From: Myxococcota bacterium | Lineage (GTDB): Bacteria; Myxococcota_A; SURF-8 | Assembly: GCA_965140415.1 (NCBI GenBank) | Contig: OZ223209.1 | Span: 3,296,001 to 3,360,000, forward strand | Reading direction: 5' to 3' | DNA: 64,000 bases | Shown here: positions 29,910 through 40,800 of the stretch, piece by piece | Layout: each line of letters begins with the position of its first letter | Position numbering within the stretch: the stretch's first letter is position 1 | The notes under the pieces: generated by a model | What the model saw: the letters and a program-made list of their open reading frames with translations, nothing else | What the model was told of the DNA's origin: nothing | Databases searched by the model: none | Program-made: the position numbers and the translations under genes

Positions 29910-30788
29910 TCAGTCAACCGTGTCCAATTTTTCAACGTATCCCCTGAGAATCTTAATAGCAGTGCCAATATCGATGGCCAAGCTACATTCGTTGGCAAGT
30001 CGCTCGTAGACGGGCCGCCATTGCTCCGGCGGAGACAATAGCGGAGCGGGAAGCTCATGCGTATTACGCCTTCCGAACGTAGCTGTGATCGATTCCTTGA
30101 CACGAGCAATATCCATATCGCCGCGCTCGATCAGAATAAGCATGTCGACAAGATCTTTGACTCTCGAATTGGGAGCCTGTCGATTCGGGAGTGTGTACGC
30201 GTGAAGCTTCTCGGAAAACTGCTGTTCCTTGGAGAGCATGGCGATTACCGGTGGTTTGATCTCCGCGTAGGCCAACCAGTCTTGCGCTTCAATCGTTTCT
30301 ACTGGCGACAGTACGAAATCGCCGACACCAACATCGAGATGGAATTTGACAAAGCTGCGTCCGTCCATCCGGGCATCCACCGGGTATCGGGCTCCGCCAT
30401 ACGGCGCGGCGTCGATATCCATCATTGGCTCCCCAATCAGGAATTCGAAATAGTCCCCGGGATCAGCGGCGGTCTGCTCCTGGAGTTCTTCTCTCAGACG
30501 CTTGTTGATGGGGCCATCTCCCGCGACAAGGTTCTTCGGGTTTTCAAGCGTCAGATCGATGTCCTTGGTAGTCCGCGCCTGATTCATTCGCAGTTCAAGA
30601 GCATATCCGCCTTTCAGCACCCATGGTGTTTCCCGGTGCTGAAACAGTCGAGCCAGCAGGCGATCGAAAGCAACCTGGCGGCGCAGACGCTGCAGATCCG
30701 TCCCCTTCTCTTTGGCGATGGCTTTCAGGCGTGTTTCAAGGGCGATCCGAAAAGCACTCGCTGTTGCGTAGGTGCGTGGTCCGGTCAT
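29910..30788 (-). CDS. abiEii: AbiEii nucleotidyltransferase toxin (type IV TA / abortive infection)
   Basis: VAFDRLLARL, LKGGYALE, RTTKDID, EKLHA, NSRVKDLVD. Confidence 0.9.
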   Translation of the reverse strand: MTGPRTYATASAFRIALETRLKAIAKEKGTDLQRLRRQVAFDRLLARLFQHRETPWVLKGGYALELRMNQARTTKDIDLTLENPKNLVAGDGPINKRLREELQEQTAADPGDYFEFLIGEPMMDIDAAPYGGARYPVDARMDGRSFVKFHLDVGVGDFVLSPVETIEAQDWLAYAEIKPPVIAMLSKEQQFSEKLHAYTLPNRQAPNSRVKDLVDMLILIERGDMDIARVKESITATFGRRNTHELPAPLLSPPEQWRPVYERLANECSLAIDIGTAIKILRGYVEKLDTVD

Positions 30789-31387
30789 ATCGAAAGTCCT
30801 TTTACCGCATCCGCAAACGCGATGTGGTTGGTGTCGACCTCCCGGATCTGACGACGGGTTATCAGACCTCGTGTAAGTGCTTCGGAAATAGCCTGTTTAA
30901 GAAGATCCCTGGGAAATGCCTCATCACTGGTGATATCCAGGATCGTCCGCATGGGGCGGGTGACGGCGACTCCGTGAATCTGCTGGGCGTCGGATGGTGA
31001 AAGATCGGCCACATGGAGATGGAGGATATCCGGGATCTCGCTGTTGCGTCGAAATCCCTTCGGTACGGTCATGTGGAGCCGGTCGGGATTGATATCACTG
31101 AGATCGTGCAGCGCGAGGGCTGTGTCATGCGAGTAAACCCCCTGGGGTTCCTCGTTCCGGTTGCGGGACCAGAGATACCAGAGCATCAGGTCAGGGCGCT
31201 CAGTCTGCGGGTAGTTTGCCAGTCGGTAAATCCCTCGGTGCTCCCGGATCCAGTTACCCATTTCGACATGGTAGCCGATGGATTGCTCAAAGTATCCCAC
31301 GTCTTTGGCCTGTTTGGCCGTAAAGAATCCCTGCTGGGCGTCGGCGAGGTCGAACAGGCGTTTTGCTGTTTCAGTACTATCTCTCAT
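30785..31387 (-). CDS. abiEi: AbiEi antitoxin / transcriptional autorepressor
   Basis: AQQGFFTAKQA, RGIYRL, SHDTALALH, VTRPMRTILD; overlaps the toxin start. Confidence 0.88.
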   Translation of the reverse strand: MRDSTETAKRLFDLADAQQGFFTAKQAKDVGYFEQSIGYHVEMGNWIREHRGIYRLANYPQTERPDLMLWYLWSRNRNEEPQGVYSHDTALALHDLSDINPDRLHMTVPKGFRRNSEIPDILHLHVADLSPSDAQQIHGVAVTRPMRTILDITSDEAFPRDLLKQAISEALTRGLITRRQIREVDTNHIAFADAVKGLSI

Positions 31388-31393
31388 TGCATG

Positions 31394-31471
31394 ATCCTCA
31401 AACTATCTTTGAGTATTGTGCAGACTCGGCGGGGGAAAGTCAAGCATAATTCTCAAACTATCTTTGAGGAT
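31394..31471 (-). promoter_or_regulatory. abiE promoter with two 23-bp inverted-repeat operators
   Basis: atcctcaaa-ctatc-tttgagtat (31394-416) and attctcaaa-ctatc-tttgaggat (31449-471) flank TTGACT-N17-CACAAT. Confidence 0.8.
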
Positions 31472-32199
31472 TATACCCGAACAATCAACCGATCTTTGAA
31501 ATGCGGGTTCTCCTGATGGTCAGGATAGCCCAGAGGATTACAGATAATCCTCGTTTCACCATATGTGTAATCGAAGGAATCGTGGGTGTGGCCGTGAATC
31601 CAGAGTTTCGGTCTGCGCTCCTCTATCAGGTCATCCAGCGGCGCGTAGAAAAATGCGTTGGTCGGGTCGTTCTCCCACTGTTTGGATGTGCTGAGTTTGC
31701 AGGGATAATGATGCGTTACAACGATATCGCCCGGTTGCATTTCATCGGAGAAGAAGCGAGCTGTCGTCCCGTTCTCCTCATACACAGCCGGATCGAAATT
31801 CCTGATGTAGGTGAAATCGGAGAGCCGGTAGCGATGGGGATGGCTTTCGGCATTATACGGAAACCAAAGTGTCGCTCCAACGAATCGATGCCCGGCAATT
31901 TCAATCGAGTCGTTATCGAGCACATGTAGATTATCGGGTAGGGTAGAAGAAGCCAAAGGCTTATCATGAAAGTCAGCGCCGTAGAATTCGTGATTGCCAT
32001 AGCAAAAAACGATGTCGGCTTGAGTGTACCTCTTACAGAAGTGGTTTAGAACGATTGGGAGCCGGGAATGATCGGCAATATCTCCTGCAAGAACGAGTAC
32101 ATCCACCTCGCCGGGATCGAGTTGATTGATCCAGATCATCATCCGGTTTACGGTTTCCAGAAACTCGAGATGAAGGTCGGAAAGGATTTGTATTCGCAT
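31471..32199 (-). CDS. Calcineurin-like metallophosphoesterase
   Basis: SDLH, AGDI, GNHE, VTHH, HGHTH, NPLGY. Confidence 0.9.
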   Translation of the reverse strand: MRIQILSDLHLEFLETVNRMMIWINQLDPGEVDVLVLAGDIADHSRLPIVLNHFCKRYTQADIVFCYGNHEFYGADFHDKPLASSTLPDNLHVLDNDSIEIAGHRFVGATLWFPYNAESHPHRYRLSDFTYIRNFDPAVYEENGTTARFFSDEMQPGDIVVTHHYPCKLSTSKQWENDPTNAFFYAPLDDLIEERRPKLWIHGHTHDSFDYTYGETRIICNPLGYPDHQENPHFKDRLIVRV

Positions 32200-32224
32200 T
32201 AAATAGACCTGCTAAAAAGAGAAA

Positions 32225-32998
32225 TCACATCACTCCCAGCACCCAGCCTTCAATTGTTTCCGCGATACGGCGCTCATCGTCCGTCAATTGTGGATGAAAG
32301 TACGCCTCTAGGCGACCGGTACGGTCCATTTCGGATAGCCAGCGCGACACGGCATAGGCGTCGTGTTCGTGGGAATTGCGATCCTCTCGCGGATAGCGGC
32401 GGCTGAACATAGATGGATAGATTTCCGCTATGACCGATTTGTTCTCCGGCGGCGTCCAACCATCAAAGGGCCAGAAATGGACCCGGTCGCCGATTTCCTT
32501 TCGGATGTGTGCCAACCAGGGAATGCCCGCCCAACTCGATTTCCCCACCGCGCCGGGACCGTCAAAGCGGAAAACGCTCTTGGCGCTCGGTGTCCAGGTT
32601 TCCGTGATGCGCAGTTCATCTTTTATGCCGCCTGGTGGTGGAGCACCATCAATCTCCCAAAGGAAATCAACGTAGGTATTGTGATGCGTCGGCCACAGCC
32701 GCGGGAAAACATTCAGCATTTGTTTCCAGTCGCGGATGCCCTGACGCTCGTACCACGCATCTGGCAATGAGAAGCAATGGTCGATACCGACGATGATCCT
32801 CTTTGAGTACAGTTGTTCCACCAGCCATTCGGCAATGACACGACGCGACCACTTCTGGGGACCGTGCGGACGGGCGTCTGGAGTTGAGACGCGCCGGGGT
32901 TCATCGCCGTTGTTAGATTGGTAGACTGCCAGTCCTTTCAGGCGGCTTTCAGCCGTTTCTGCCCCGGAGTAGTCGATGCCGATGTATGAGTCGTACAT
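32225..32998 (-). CDS. DUF429-like predicted nuclease (RNase H-like fold)
   Basis: GIDYSGA, VGIDHCFSLP, VHFWPFDGW, AEIYP, HEHDA, EGWVLG; start set at MYDSY, 4 nt after the mcrC stop. Confidence 0.6.
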   Translation of the reverse strand: MYDSYIGIDYSGAETAESRLKGLAVYQSNNGDEPRRVSTPDARPHGPQKWSRRVIAEWLVEQLYSKRIIVGIDHCFSLPDAWYERQGIRDWKQMLNVFPRLWPTHHNTYVDFLWEIDGAPPPGGIKDELRITETWTPSAKSVFRFDGPGAVGKSSWAGIPWLAHIRKEIGDRVHFWPFDGWTPPENKSVIAEIYPSMFSRRYPREDRNSHEHDAYAVSRWLSEMDRTGRLEAYFHPQLTDDERRIAETIEGWVLGVM

Positions 32999-33002
32999 GG
33001 TG

Positions 33003-35051
33003 TCACCCAAATTCGAGGCGTCCGTTTGACCGGTTTCGAGCAAAAAGCGTCTTCGCAAATGCGGCAATCGAACCACCAGACAATGTGGTTTTATCCATCA
33101 ACTGATAGGTCGTTCCTTCCTGCAGCCAAATCATACCTGTTGCCGTCTCCAGGCACATGCTTGGCGTGCGTTCACCAGATAGAAACCAGAAGCGATAAGC
33201 CGGGATGCCGAGCAGGTCGTCTGGCAGATGATGTTCCAAGCGGCGTTCTGCGTCCGGGAAGGATTGGAAATCTCGCCGTACCCCGCAGCCCTCATCGCCG
33301 GAGCTGTCGAAATAGCCGTTGTGGCAATCAACTCGGGAGGCAGTGGTAAGCGCCTGTATGAGGTAGGCGGCAATGAATTCGTAGACGTAAACAGCCAGTG
33401 TTGGCATTGGCGTCGGTCCATCCGGCTTGTGGCCGATCCAGCGCAAACATGCCTCCGGTAGATTCTCCCTGTTTGCGACAAGCTCCATCCAGTCCCGACG
33501 TCGGTTTAGCGTCCGGTTACCGTTCAGTGCGGAAAAGACATGGAAGCCGCCCTTGAGATTGAGATCGGCAATGTGTTGGTTGTTCCGATCATGAAGGGAT
33601 AGGCAATGATACTGCCCGCCACCGGGATAGGTTTCGATCAGCTTTAGATCAGGCCGCATTCGGAGAATCACCGCCATGGCCGAAAAGGCATGGGCCATTA
33701 GAAAGGTTGGATTACTGAAGTTGCGCCGCTGTTGCTCTTGACTCATGGCCAGAAGGTTGCGCAATGACGCACGAAGCGCTTCTCGCGCTTCTATATCTCC
33801 CAGAGGATGGCTGATGTTGACTTCTCGCACCAGGATACGGCGCGCCGAATCTTCCTCTTCACGTCTCTGATGGCGGTAGGTGGTCGCATGTGTTGTGTTG
33901 TCAGACAGCTTCGGACTTAGCGGATAAAGCAGTGTGACGCGTCCGACATCGTACTCCCGTCCATAGGCGTACATCTGGTAGATGTCGCTCTGGGATACGC
34001 CCCCATGTGGCTGACTGGAATCGAGTTCCTTCCACTTCGTGTCGATCAGTTCCGAGATCGTTCTTTCGCGGAAAACACCGATGTCGGGACACAAGCGGAA
34101 TTCACCTCTGCCGTTCCGGCGAAGTAGATGCTTCGACGCCAGCTGCGGTTCGATGGTGATGTTCGGATCATCGACGGCTGCCTTCAATTCCTCGGCAATG
34201 AAGCGTTCGAAGACGACATTCATGTCGAACATAAGCGAATAGACTTCGCGCCCGCCGGTGTCCCGCTCGCCGGACGTTGCGCCGATGATCAGCGTCGCCA
34301 GATTGAGCAGCGGCTCGAAGCGCTTCAGGTTTCGGTCGAGGGGAAGATGCTCCCCGTTCATCAATTCAACAGGCTCGTCCGCCACATCGTCGAAAAGTGC
34401 GACTAATTGAGTTGCACGGCGCGAGACGTCGTTGCTGAAGACCTGCCGCTCACAGATGCGTAAGGCTGATTTAAGGCGTCGCGAGAAACGATTGTCGGAC
34501 TCAAATTCGTCTGCCGCCGTGAAGAAACGTTCCTTGTGAACCAGGTTGTGGCGGATTTGCTCCTGGAAAAGCAGCTTGCCGCGCAGGTACGGGCGATTCT
34601 CTTCCTCCCTTACATATCGTCGAATCGGTCCTCGCGTCCATTCGCGGAACAGTTCCCGCACGTAAAGATCCATGAAGGCCGCGATCAGCGGTTTGTCCGA
34701 GCGCGCCAGAGCTGCGATGTGAGCAGGATGGACCGGCACCAGCCCGGCTGTGGCGATCATGTGCAGCAGGTTTTCCATTGCACCGCAAATGCCGTCCGGA
34801 TCATTGGGCCGGTCGATTTTCGGGACCACGTCGATGCAGGTATCGCCGACGCCGAGCGAGCCGACCCATTGTGTGGCTTTGATGCTGTCCAGTCCCAGCT
34901 TGAAGTACTCGATACCGATTCGTTTCTGATAGCGATCGATGGCGTAGGCTTCTCGGCGGCTCAGTGCGCTTGCGTCCGCACGGAAGCTGTCCGAGACGTC
35001 AATCGTCTCGTGCTCGCGGATCAGGATGCGTCGGCCTCGTCCCATCGGCAT
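33003..35051 (-). CDS. mcrC: McrC-family PD-(D/E)xK nuclease with a ~240-aa C-terminal extra domain
   Basis: WVG..VVPKI, LRGKL, FDMNVVFERF, PDI..IDTKWK, SQSDIYQMYAY. Confidence 0.88.
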   Translation of the reverse strand: MPMGRGRRILIREHETIDVSDSFRADASALSRREAYAIDRYQKRIGIEYFKLGLDSIKATQWVGSLGVGDTCIDVVPKIDRPNDPDGICGAMENLLHMIATAGLVPVHPAHIAALARSDKPLIAAFMDLYVRELFREWTRGPIRRYVREEENRPYLRGKLLFQEQIRHNLVHKERFFTAADEFESDNRFSRRLKSALRICERQVFSNDVSRRATQLVALFDDVADEPVELMNGEHLPLDRNLKRFEPLLNLATLIIGATSGERDTGGREVYSLMFDMNVVFERFIAEELKAAVDDPNITIEPQLASKHLLRRNGRGEFRLCPDIGVFRERTISELIDTKWKELDSSQPHGGVSQSDIYQMYAYGREYDVGRVTLLYPLSPKLSDNTTHATTYRHQRREEEDSARRILVREVNISHPLGDIEAREALRASLRNLLAMSQEQQRRNFSNPTFLMAHAFSAMAVILRMRPDLKLIETYPGGGQYHCLSLHDRNNQHIADLNLKGGFHVFSALNGNRTLNRRRDWMELVANRENLPEACLRWIGHKPDGPTPMPTLAVYVYEFIAAYLIQALTTASRVDCHNGYFDSSGDEGCGVRRDFQSFPDAERRLEHHLPDDLLGIPAYRFWFLSGERTPSMCLETATGMIWLQEGTTYQLMDKTTLSGGSIAAFAKTLFARNRSNGRLEFG

Positions 35052-35057
35052 AACGGA

Positions 35058-37733
35058 CTACTCGTAGATCTTGCGCAGGCTCTCGGCCGTCAGGTTGGGA
35101 TTGACGGTGTAGATCCGCTTTGGAGCCACGTGGTTATTGGGGAAGCCGAGTTCATTGGAATCCGGAAGCGAATGCTGGATAATCGCGTTTTCGGGGTCGT
35201 TCAGAGCGGGGAGATGATCACGGTCTTTCCGATCGCTGAGGTCGTTGAAGACGAGCTGTAGCTTCTCCCAGTCCTCGTAGAAATACTCCTGCAAGAGCGG
35301 GATGATTTTATCCCGAAAGACCTTTTCCAGTTTCTCGAAAGTGTCGATGCCGATGAAGTAGGAATGCCCAATCTGGTGATCGCGGTCCAGAAGCACCGTG
35401 ATACGCCGGTTCATGGCATCCAGCAGCTTTTTGAGATCGATGGGATCGCCCTCATCCGGGGCTTCTAGGCTTCGTGTGCCGGGAACATCGTCATCTCCAA
35501 ACAGATCCGAATCCGGCATCAGTTCGACGAAGGTGAAGCGCCTTCTTAGTGCCGTGTCCATCAGGGCGATGGATCTGTCAGCTGTGTTCATGGTGCCGAT
35601 GACGTATAGGTTGTCGGGAACGCCGAACAGCGGCGCGCCGGGATTCTGACTGTGGGAATACGGCAGCTTCACACGCAGGCCACCGGTCCACTCGCCCTTA
35701 TCTGCATTCCAGGTCATGCGCTTGTTCGGCTCCAGAAGCGTAATCAGCTCGCCGAGCACCTTGGAGATGTTGGCGCGGTTGATCTCGTCAATAAAAAGCG
35801 CGTACTCATTTTCCGGGTCACGAATGGCGTCGTCCACGATCTGCTTGAAGATGCCGTCGGTCACGCGGTAGCCGATACCATTACCAGGTTCGTCTTCTTC
35901 ATCAACCACCGGTTTGATGCCCTCCACGAAGTCTTCGTAGCTGTAGGACTGGTGGAACGTAACAAGCTGATAGCGGTTTTCTGCTTTGGTAATGGGGGTA
36001 TAGCTGTCGATTTTGTGTTTGACGTCCAACAGATCCGGGGCGTCCTGCTCGATCTGTTTCTCCAAAACTGACCACTTGCCGTCTTCGCTTTTCGTGAATA
36101 TCTGAGGAAGGTTGCGTTTGGCGATCTTTACGTGAGGGCAATCCAGCTCCGTGTGCAGTTGAAGAAGACCGCGAATCGTGTGCTGAACGTTCTTCGGATC
36201 CGAGCGCAAGGAAAACGGCTGGTCCGTTCCGGACATGGAAGCATCGGCAATCGCTTCCTGGGCTTTGTTCCTTATGGCACGATCAGCGCGTGCTTTGACG
36301 TAAGGATGCTGATAAATCTGCTGAAGCGAACAATCCCCCATATCCATGATGGCCAAGGCAAGCACCTGCCACCAGGTAAGCTCCATCACCTGCTGCTCGA
36401 TGAACTTTTCCTTCGTGATCGTCTTCGTCGACGTGCGGAACTTCGGCATGTACACGTGCTGTAGCCGATAGGTCTTCCCGGTTCCCGGCGGTCCGTAGAG
36501 GATGAGGTTCAGGGGAAGATCCATTTTCTCTCCTTCGGTGGCATCGGTATTATTGGCCACGGAATCCTCCTTTGACTCCGGTAGTTCCTTCAGCAAGACT
36601 TTCAATTTCCGGCTGATCGGCTTGTTGCGATCCTCATGTTGGGCAAGGGCGTCTTGCAGAATCGCACGCGCCTGTTGATGAGTCAGCCGTCGGAAATTGA
36701 TGGGGGTCTTTGGCATTTTGAAGTCCACCGACGCGGACTCGTCGAACAAGATGGCATCATCGGCCTGGCAGGAAATCGGAGACAAGCGCGCGTTCTTCTC
36801 CGATTCTTCACCGTAGGGCTTTCCGATTGTGGCATGCGCATACAGGCCCACCACTTTCTGCTGCTTCGTGTGATAATCCGTCGAGACAAAGAACGCGATT
36901 CCGCGCCCGTGCTCGAAACTTCGCAGGCTTTGATTCTTGTTGTCCTCGCGCCAGAGGATGAAGATATCACCTTGGGCTTTCTCTCCCTTCGTCTGGAATA
37001 GCCCCGCTTCCGGCATTTCGTTGTCGGGACGAATCTGCTGACCCGAGATGCGTTGGATATCTTCCGGTGCCGGGTCGCCTTGCCAGTGATTCGAGTGCCA
37101 GGGAATCCAGATGGCCGCATGAGGATAAGGGCGAGCGGTGGGATGCCATTCGTCGATGTACCGATCTAGTGCCGGCGTCAACGTCTCGATGATCGCCTGA
37201 AGCTGACCGGTTACAGTATCCCCCCATGATTCCGCCTCTGCTTCTGTATTGGGGAACGGCGGTTGTTCGACGAAATACGGATTGTAGCGAAACCAGCGAT
37301 TCCATTTATCCTTGGTCGGTTTATCAAAAGCTACGCTTTCAGAAAGTGCGCCGAGTCCATCGGAGAGAAATTCATGGAGGTCATCGGCCAGCTCTTTCTG
37401 CTTCCGCTTGTCATCCGTAGCCTGGTGAGAAAAAAGGTCTTGGTTGCGGATGGATACACTGACGAGAAATGTTTTTGTCGGCGAAGGCATATCCAACTTG
37501 GCCGAGTTGACCAGGCAGAATCCGAGGAGGTGCGAATCAACCTCCCACCGATCTTCCTTGGTCACAAGAAACGATACGGGCTCGCTACTGTTTTTATAAT
37601 GGCCAAATGGCTTGATCGTCAGATCGAGCTTTTCACAAAGCGGTCGTATCGTATCTTTGATCCTCTTTATCTGCGGAATCAGCAGTGTTTCGATTTCATC
37701 TTTATGTATCGTTCTCATTCCATTCACCTTCAT
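35058..37733 (-). CDS. mcrB: McrB-family AAA+ GTPase with a long N-terminal region
   Basis: [38 protein letters not shown] signature, [21 protein letters not shown]. Confidence 0.92.
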   Translation of the reverse strand: MKVNGMRTIHKDEIETLLIPQIKRIKDTIRPLCEKLDLTIKPFGHYKNSSEPVSFLVTKEDRWEVDSHLLGFCLVNSAKLDMPSPTKTFLVSVSIRNQDLFSHQATDDKRKQKELADDLHEFLSDGLGALSESVAFDKPTKDKWNRWFRYNPYFVEQPPFPNTEAEAESWGDTVTGQLQAIIETLTPALDRYIDEWHPTARPYPHAAIWIPWHSNHWQGDPAPEDIQRISGQQIRPDNEMPEAGLFQTKGEKAQGDIFILWREDNKNQSLRSFEHGRGIAFFVSTDYHTKQQKVVGLYAHATIGKPYGEESEKNARLSPISCQADDAILFDESASVDFKMPKTPINFRRLTHQQARAILQDALAQHEDRNKPISRKLKVLLKELPESKEDSVANNTDATEGEKMDLPLNLILYGPPGTGKTYRLQHVYMPKFRTSTKTITKEKFIEQQVMELTWWQVLALAIMDMGDCSLQQIYQHPYVKARADRAIRNKAQEAIADASMSGTDQPFSLRSDPKNVQHTIRGLLQLHTELDCPHVKIAKRNLPQIFTKSEDGKWSVLEKQIEQDAPDLLDVKHKIDSYTPITKAENRYQLVTFHQSYSYEDFVEGIKPVVDEEDEPGNGIGYRVTDGIFKQIVDDAIRDPENEYALFIDEINRANISKVLGELITLLEPNKRMTWNADKGEWTGGLRVKLPYSHSQNPGAPLFGVPDNLYVIGTMNTADRSIALMDTALRRRFTFVELMPDSDLFGDDDVPGTRSLEAPDEGDPIDLKKLLDAMNRRITVLLDRDHQIGHSYFIGIDTFEKLEKVFRDKIIPLLQEYFYEDWEKLQLVFNDLSDRKDRDHLPALNDPENAIIQHSLPDSNELGFPNNHVAPKRIYTVNPNLTAESLRKIYE

Positions 37734-37802
37734 CAGCGGAATTTTAACGAGGATCGTATTCCAAAGCCGCGACAGATTCCGATATTACCCGCTTTGCTAT
37801 TG

Positions 37803-40800
37803 TCAATCCCTCCTATCGGCATCCCCATCGGCGGGCGGTGTTTCCGGATGCAGGGTTCGGACCAGGCGGAAACCAACGTTGTAGTAGCGGTCGCCGGGCG
37901 AGGCGGCGTTACGGCCCGCGGACCGGCATTCCCGTGCGCCGCCGCTTAAGAAGCCGCCACGAATAACGTGGGTGGAGCCTGATGCTGGTCCCACGGGATC
38001 AGTCGCCACATCATTCTCGTAAGACTCCTGATACCAGTCCCAGGTCCATTCATGCACGTTCCCACTCATGTCGTATAAACCCCAGCGATTCGTCTCTTTC
38101 TCGCCTACTGGGTGTGCAGTTTCGTTTGAATTTCCACAATACCATCCGATCTGATCCAAATTATCGTCCAGCATGCAACCCACGTTTGTAATTGTCCCGT
38201 CGTTCCCATTACTTTGATAAATCGCCGTGTACTCACTCCCCGAACGGATTGAATACTCCCATTCCGCTTCGGTGGGCAAGCGATACCCTGCGCAGTCTTG
38301 CGGTTTGGGTACATCATTCAAAGACACCGTGCAGCTATAGGCCCCTGATAAGCACCACTCCTCCGCTCCAGAACAACCGCCACCCAATGTGCCTGAACAA
38401 TTCGTAAGTGTGAAACAGGGCGTCAAACCATTCTCCATCGATATCCAGTTCGCATAGGCCAAAGCTTCATGCCAGTTCACCCTTTCCACCGGACAGTTGT
38501 CTCCGCAATTTTCACCATCGCCATTCGGACCGAAATAGCTCGGTTTTTTCCCAAAGGCGGTGAACCACTCCCCTTGCGTCACCTCATGCGCCTGCATCTC
38601 AAAATCATAGGTCAGGGTTACTTCATGCAAGGTCTCGTCTTCGTAACGCCCCAACTCCTCCACACACGTTCCCGGATAGCCCTCCGGACAATCCACCTCA
38701 TCCGGTGAGCCCATCCAGAAGGTCCCGGCGCGGATGGAAACGAAGTCGTCGCAGGCGTCTCCGAGGCCATCGTTGTCGAAGTCTTCCTGTACCGGGTTAT
38801 AGTCGTCGGGGCAGTTATCGCAGGCCGTGCCCACACCGTCGGCATCCGGGTCGGCCTGGTCGGCGTTTTGGGTAGCCGGGCAGTTGTCGTCGCAGCTTGC
38901 CGTCTCGCCGCCGGTGCAGGGATTGTCATAGGCGGCCAGCGACCCATCCCCGTCGTCGGGGATGCCGTCGGCGTCGTAATCGAAGGGAGTCGTTCCGTCC
39001 TGGGCTGTTAAAGCGCTAAGTTCCCACGAGGCCAACGGGTAGTGTAGGAATTCATCCGGCTCTAGCGCTCGGTTCATGATGCGGACGGAGTCGATGAGGC
39101 CGTGGAACCAAGCATTCCAAATGGGACGACTTGTTCCGATGAAAATGTTGTAAGGTTCATGGCCCTCGATTGTGAAATCACAAACATTCTCTTGATCCAA
39201 GCTCTGATCGTACCAGACCGAGATGCTTCCATCGTCGTGATGCCCAACTACACTGTGCCACACTTCCGGTTCTGGGATTGATCCTATATTGTTGCCACTT
39301 GAACATCGGCCTTCATCACCCAGTGCTGTAAAAGATAAATTTCCTTCCCCACCGCCAAGATAATCAAGAAACAAATCGTAACCGAGCAGATCACGCACGC
39401 GATAATACAAAACATGCGGCTCTTCGTTCGTATTTGTGTCTGCCATTATTACAGAATCGACCGCAACCTGATTTACGGGCATCAGTGTAGAATGTTCTGG
39501 GATTTCAACATGATCGTCCACCCCATCAAATGAAAGCGCTGTTCCTTCGCGCCCGGCGACCCATTGTGGTGGTCCGTCATCGCCTAACAACGTCCCATTA
39601 TTCTTATTCGCACTTGAATCAACGGCCACCGTTCCCGCTCCCTCGTTGAAGCGCCACCAGCCCGCGTAGCCGGTGCATTCGGAAAGCAGACCGTAACAAT
39701 GCGGGTAATTACCGAGGGTGTTGTCATACAGGCCGCTCACGATGGGCAGGTGCTGGTTGGCGTCCGGGTTGGACCAGTTGAGCCAGTAGCGCATCCAGGC
39801 GAAGGGGCCGTCCGCGCCGCCGCTGACGTCTTCCGGTTCCGTATTTACCAGGAACCTCACCGTGGGCAGGCCCGGGTTGGCGCGCCGGTAGATGTATTCA
39901 GGCGACTTGGCGACGGAGTGGATGAGGACGTCGTCGATCTTGCCACTAAAACAATGACCTCCATAAGAGTTGCATCCAAACCTCAATGGAATGCCTACAG
40001 CAGAAACCTCGGTCTCATCGTTAGTAGAATTATTTGCCAGACCATCGACATATAGCTTTGCTATTGATCCATTCCACGTAACCGCAATGTGCATCCATTT
40101 TCTTAATTCAATAGACTGCTGTGATTTAAGCCTCCGTACTATTTCGGTACTCATTAACCTATGAGAAAATTCAAGTTTGCAAGAAGTATCAATTTGAATA
40201 ATAGCTCCATTGCCATAGGTGTCGTCTGGGTATGTCTTAGACATAATTCTTTGTGTTTCTGTTGTTGGACAATGTTCGGCAAACACCCAAGTCTCCCATG
40301 TTCCCTCAACAAGCAGAAAATCAGGCTCATCCGATACTTCAATATATTTGTCATCGTCTGAACGAATCGCCCCATCGTAATCTCCAAATCTTCCGATGGA
40401 CGTAATCGCACCATTGTTCGTCCCATCATGCCCGTTTCCGCTAGCATCCTCAGCATTGCCATCCAGTTTCCAATACCCCACCACGCCGCACAGATCCTCC
40501 CGGTCGGCGATGTGGGGGATGTCGGCTACGGGGGTTGCGTCGTATTCGGCCGGGCAGGGCGTGTCCGAGTGCGGGCGCGGACCGAGAATTTCGTGGGGAA
40601 TGAGGTGCTCGGTGGTCGCGCCGTCCACCTGAGCGCTGGTTTGTGTGACGCGGATGTCGTCAAAGTCGTCCTGCGCACCGGGGGTCATCTTCGTGCTGTA
40701 GGGCGCGCGGGAGTCGTAGTATGCCCTGATTTCGTCTGGGGACAGGGCACGGTTGAAGAGGAGGACTTCATCTATATGGCCGTGAAAATAAGTGGTAGCT

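Noticed and set aside
32999-33076. Upstream start for the DUF429-like gene
   Set aside because: It overlaps the mcrC end; ATG 32998 gives tight coupling and starts at the conserved motif
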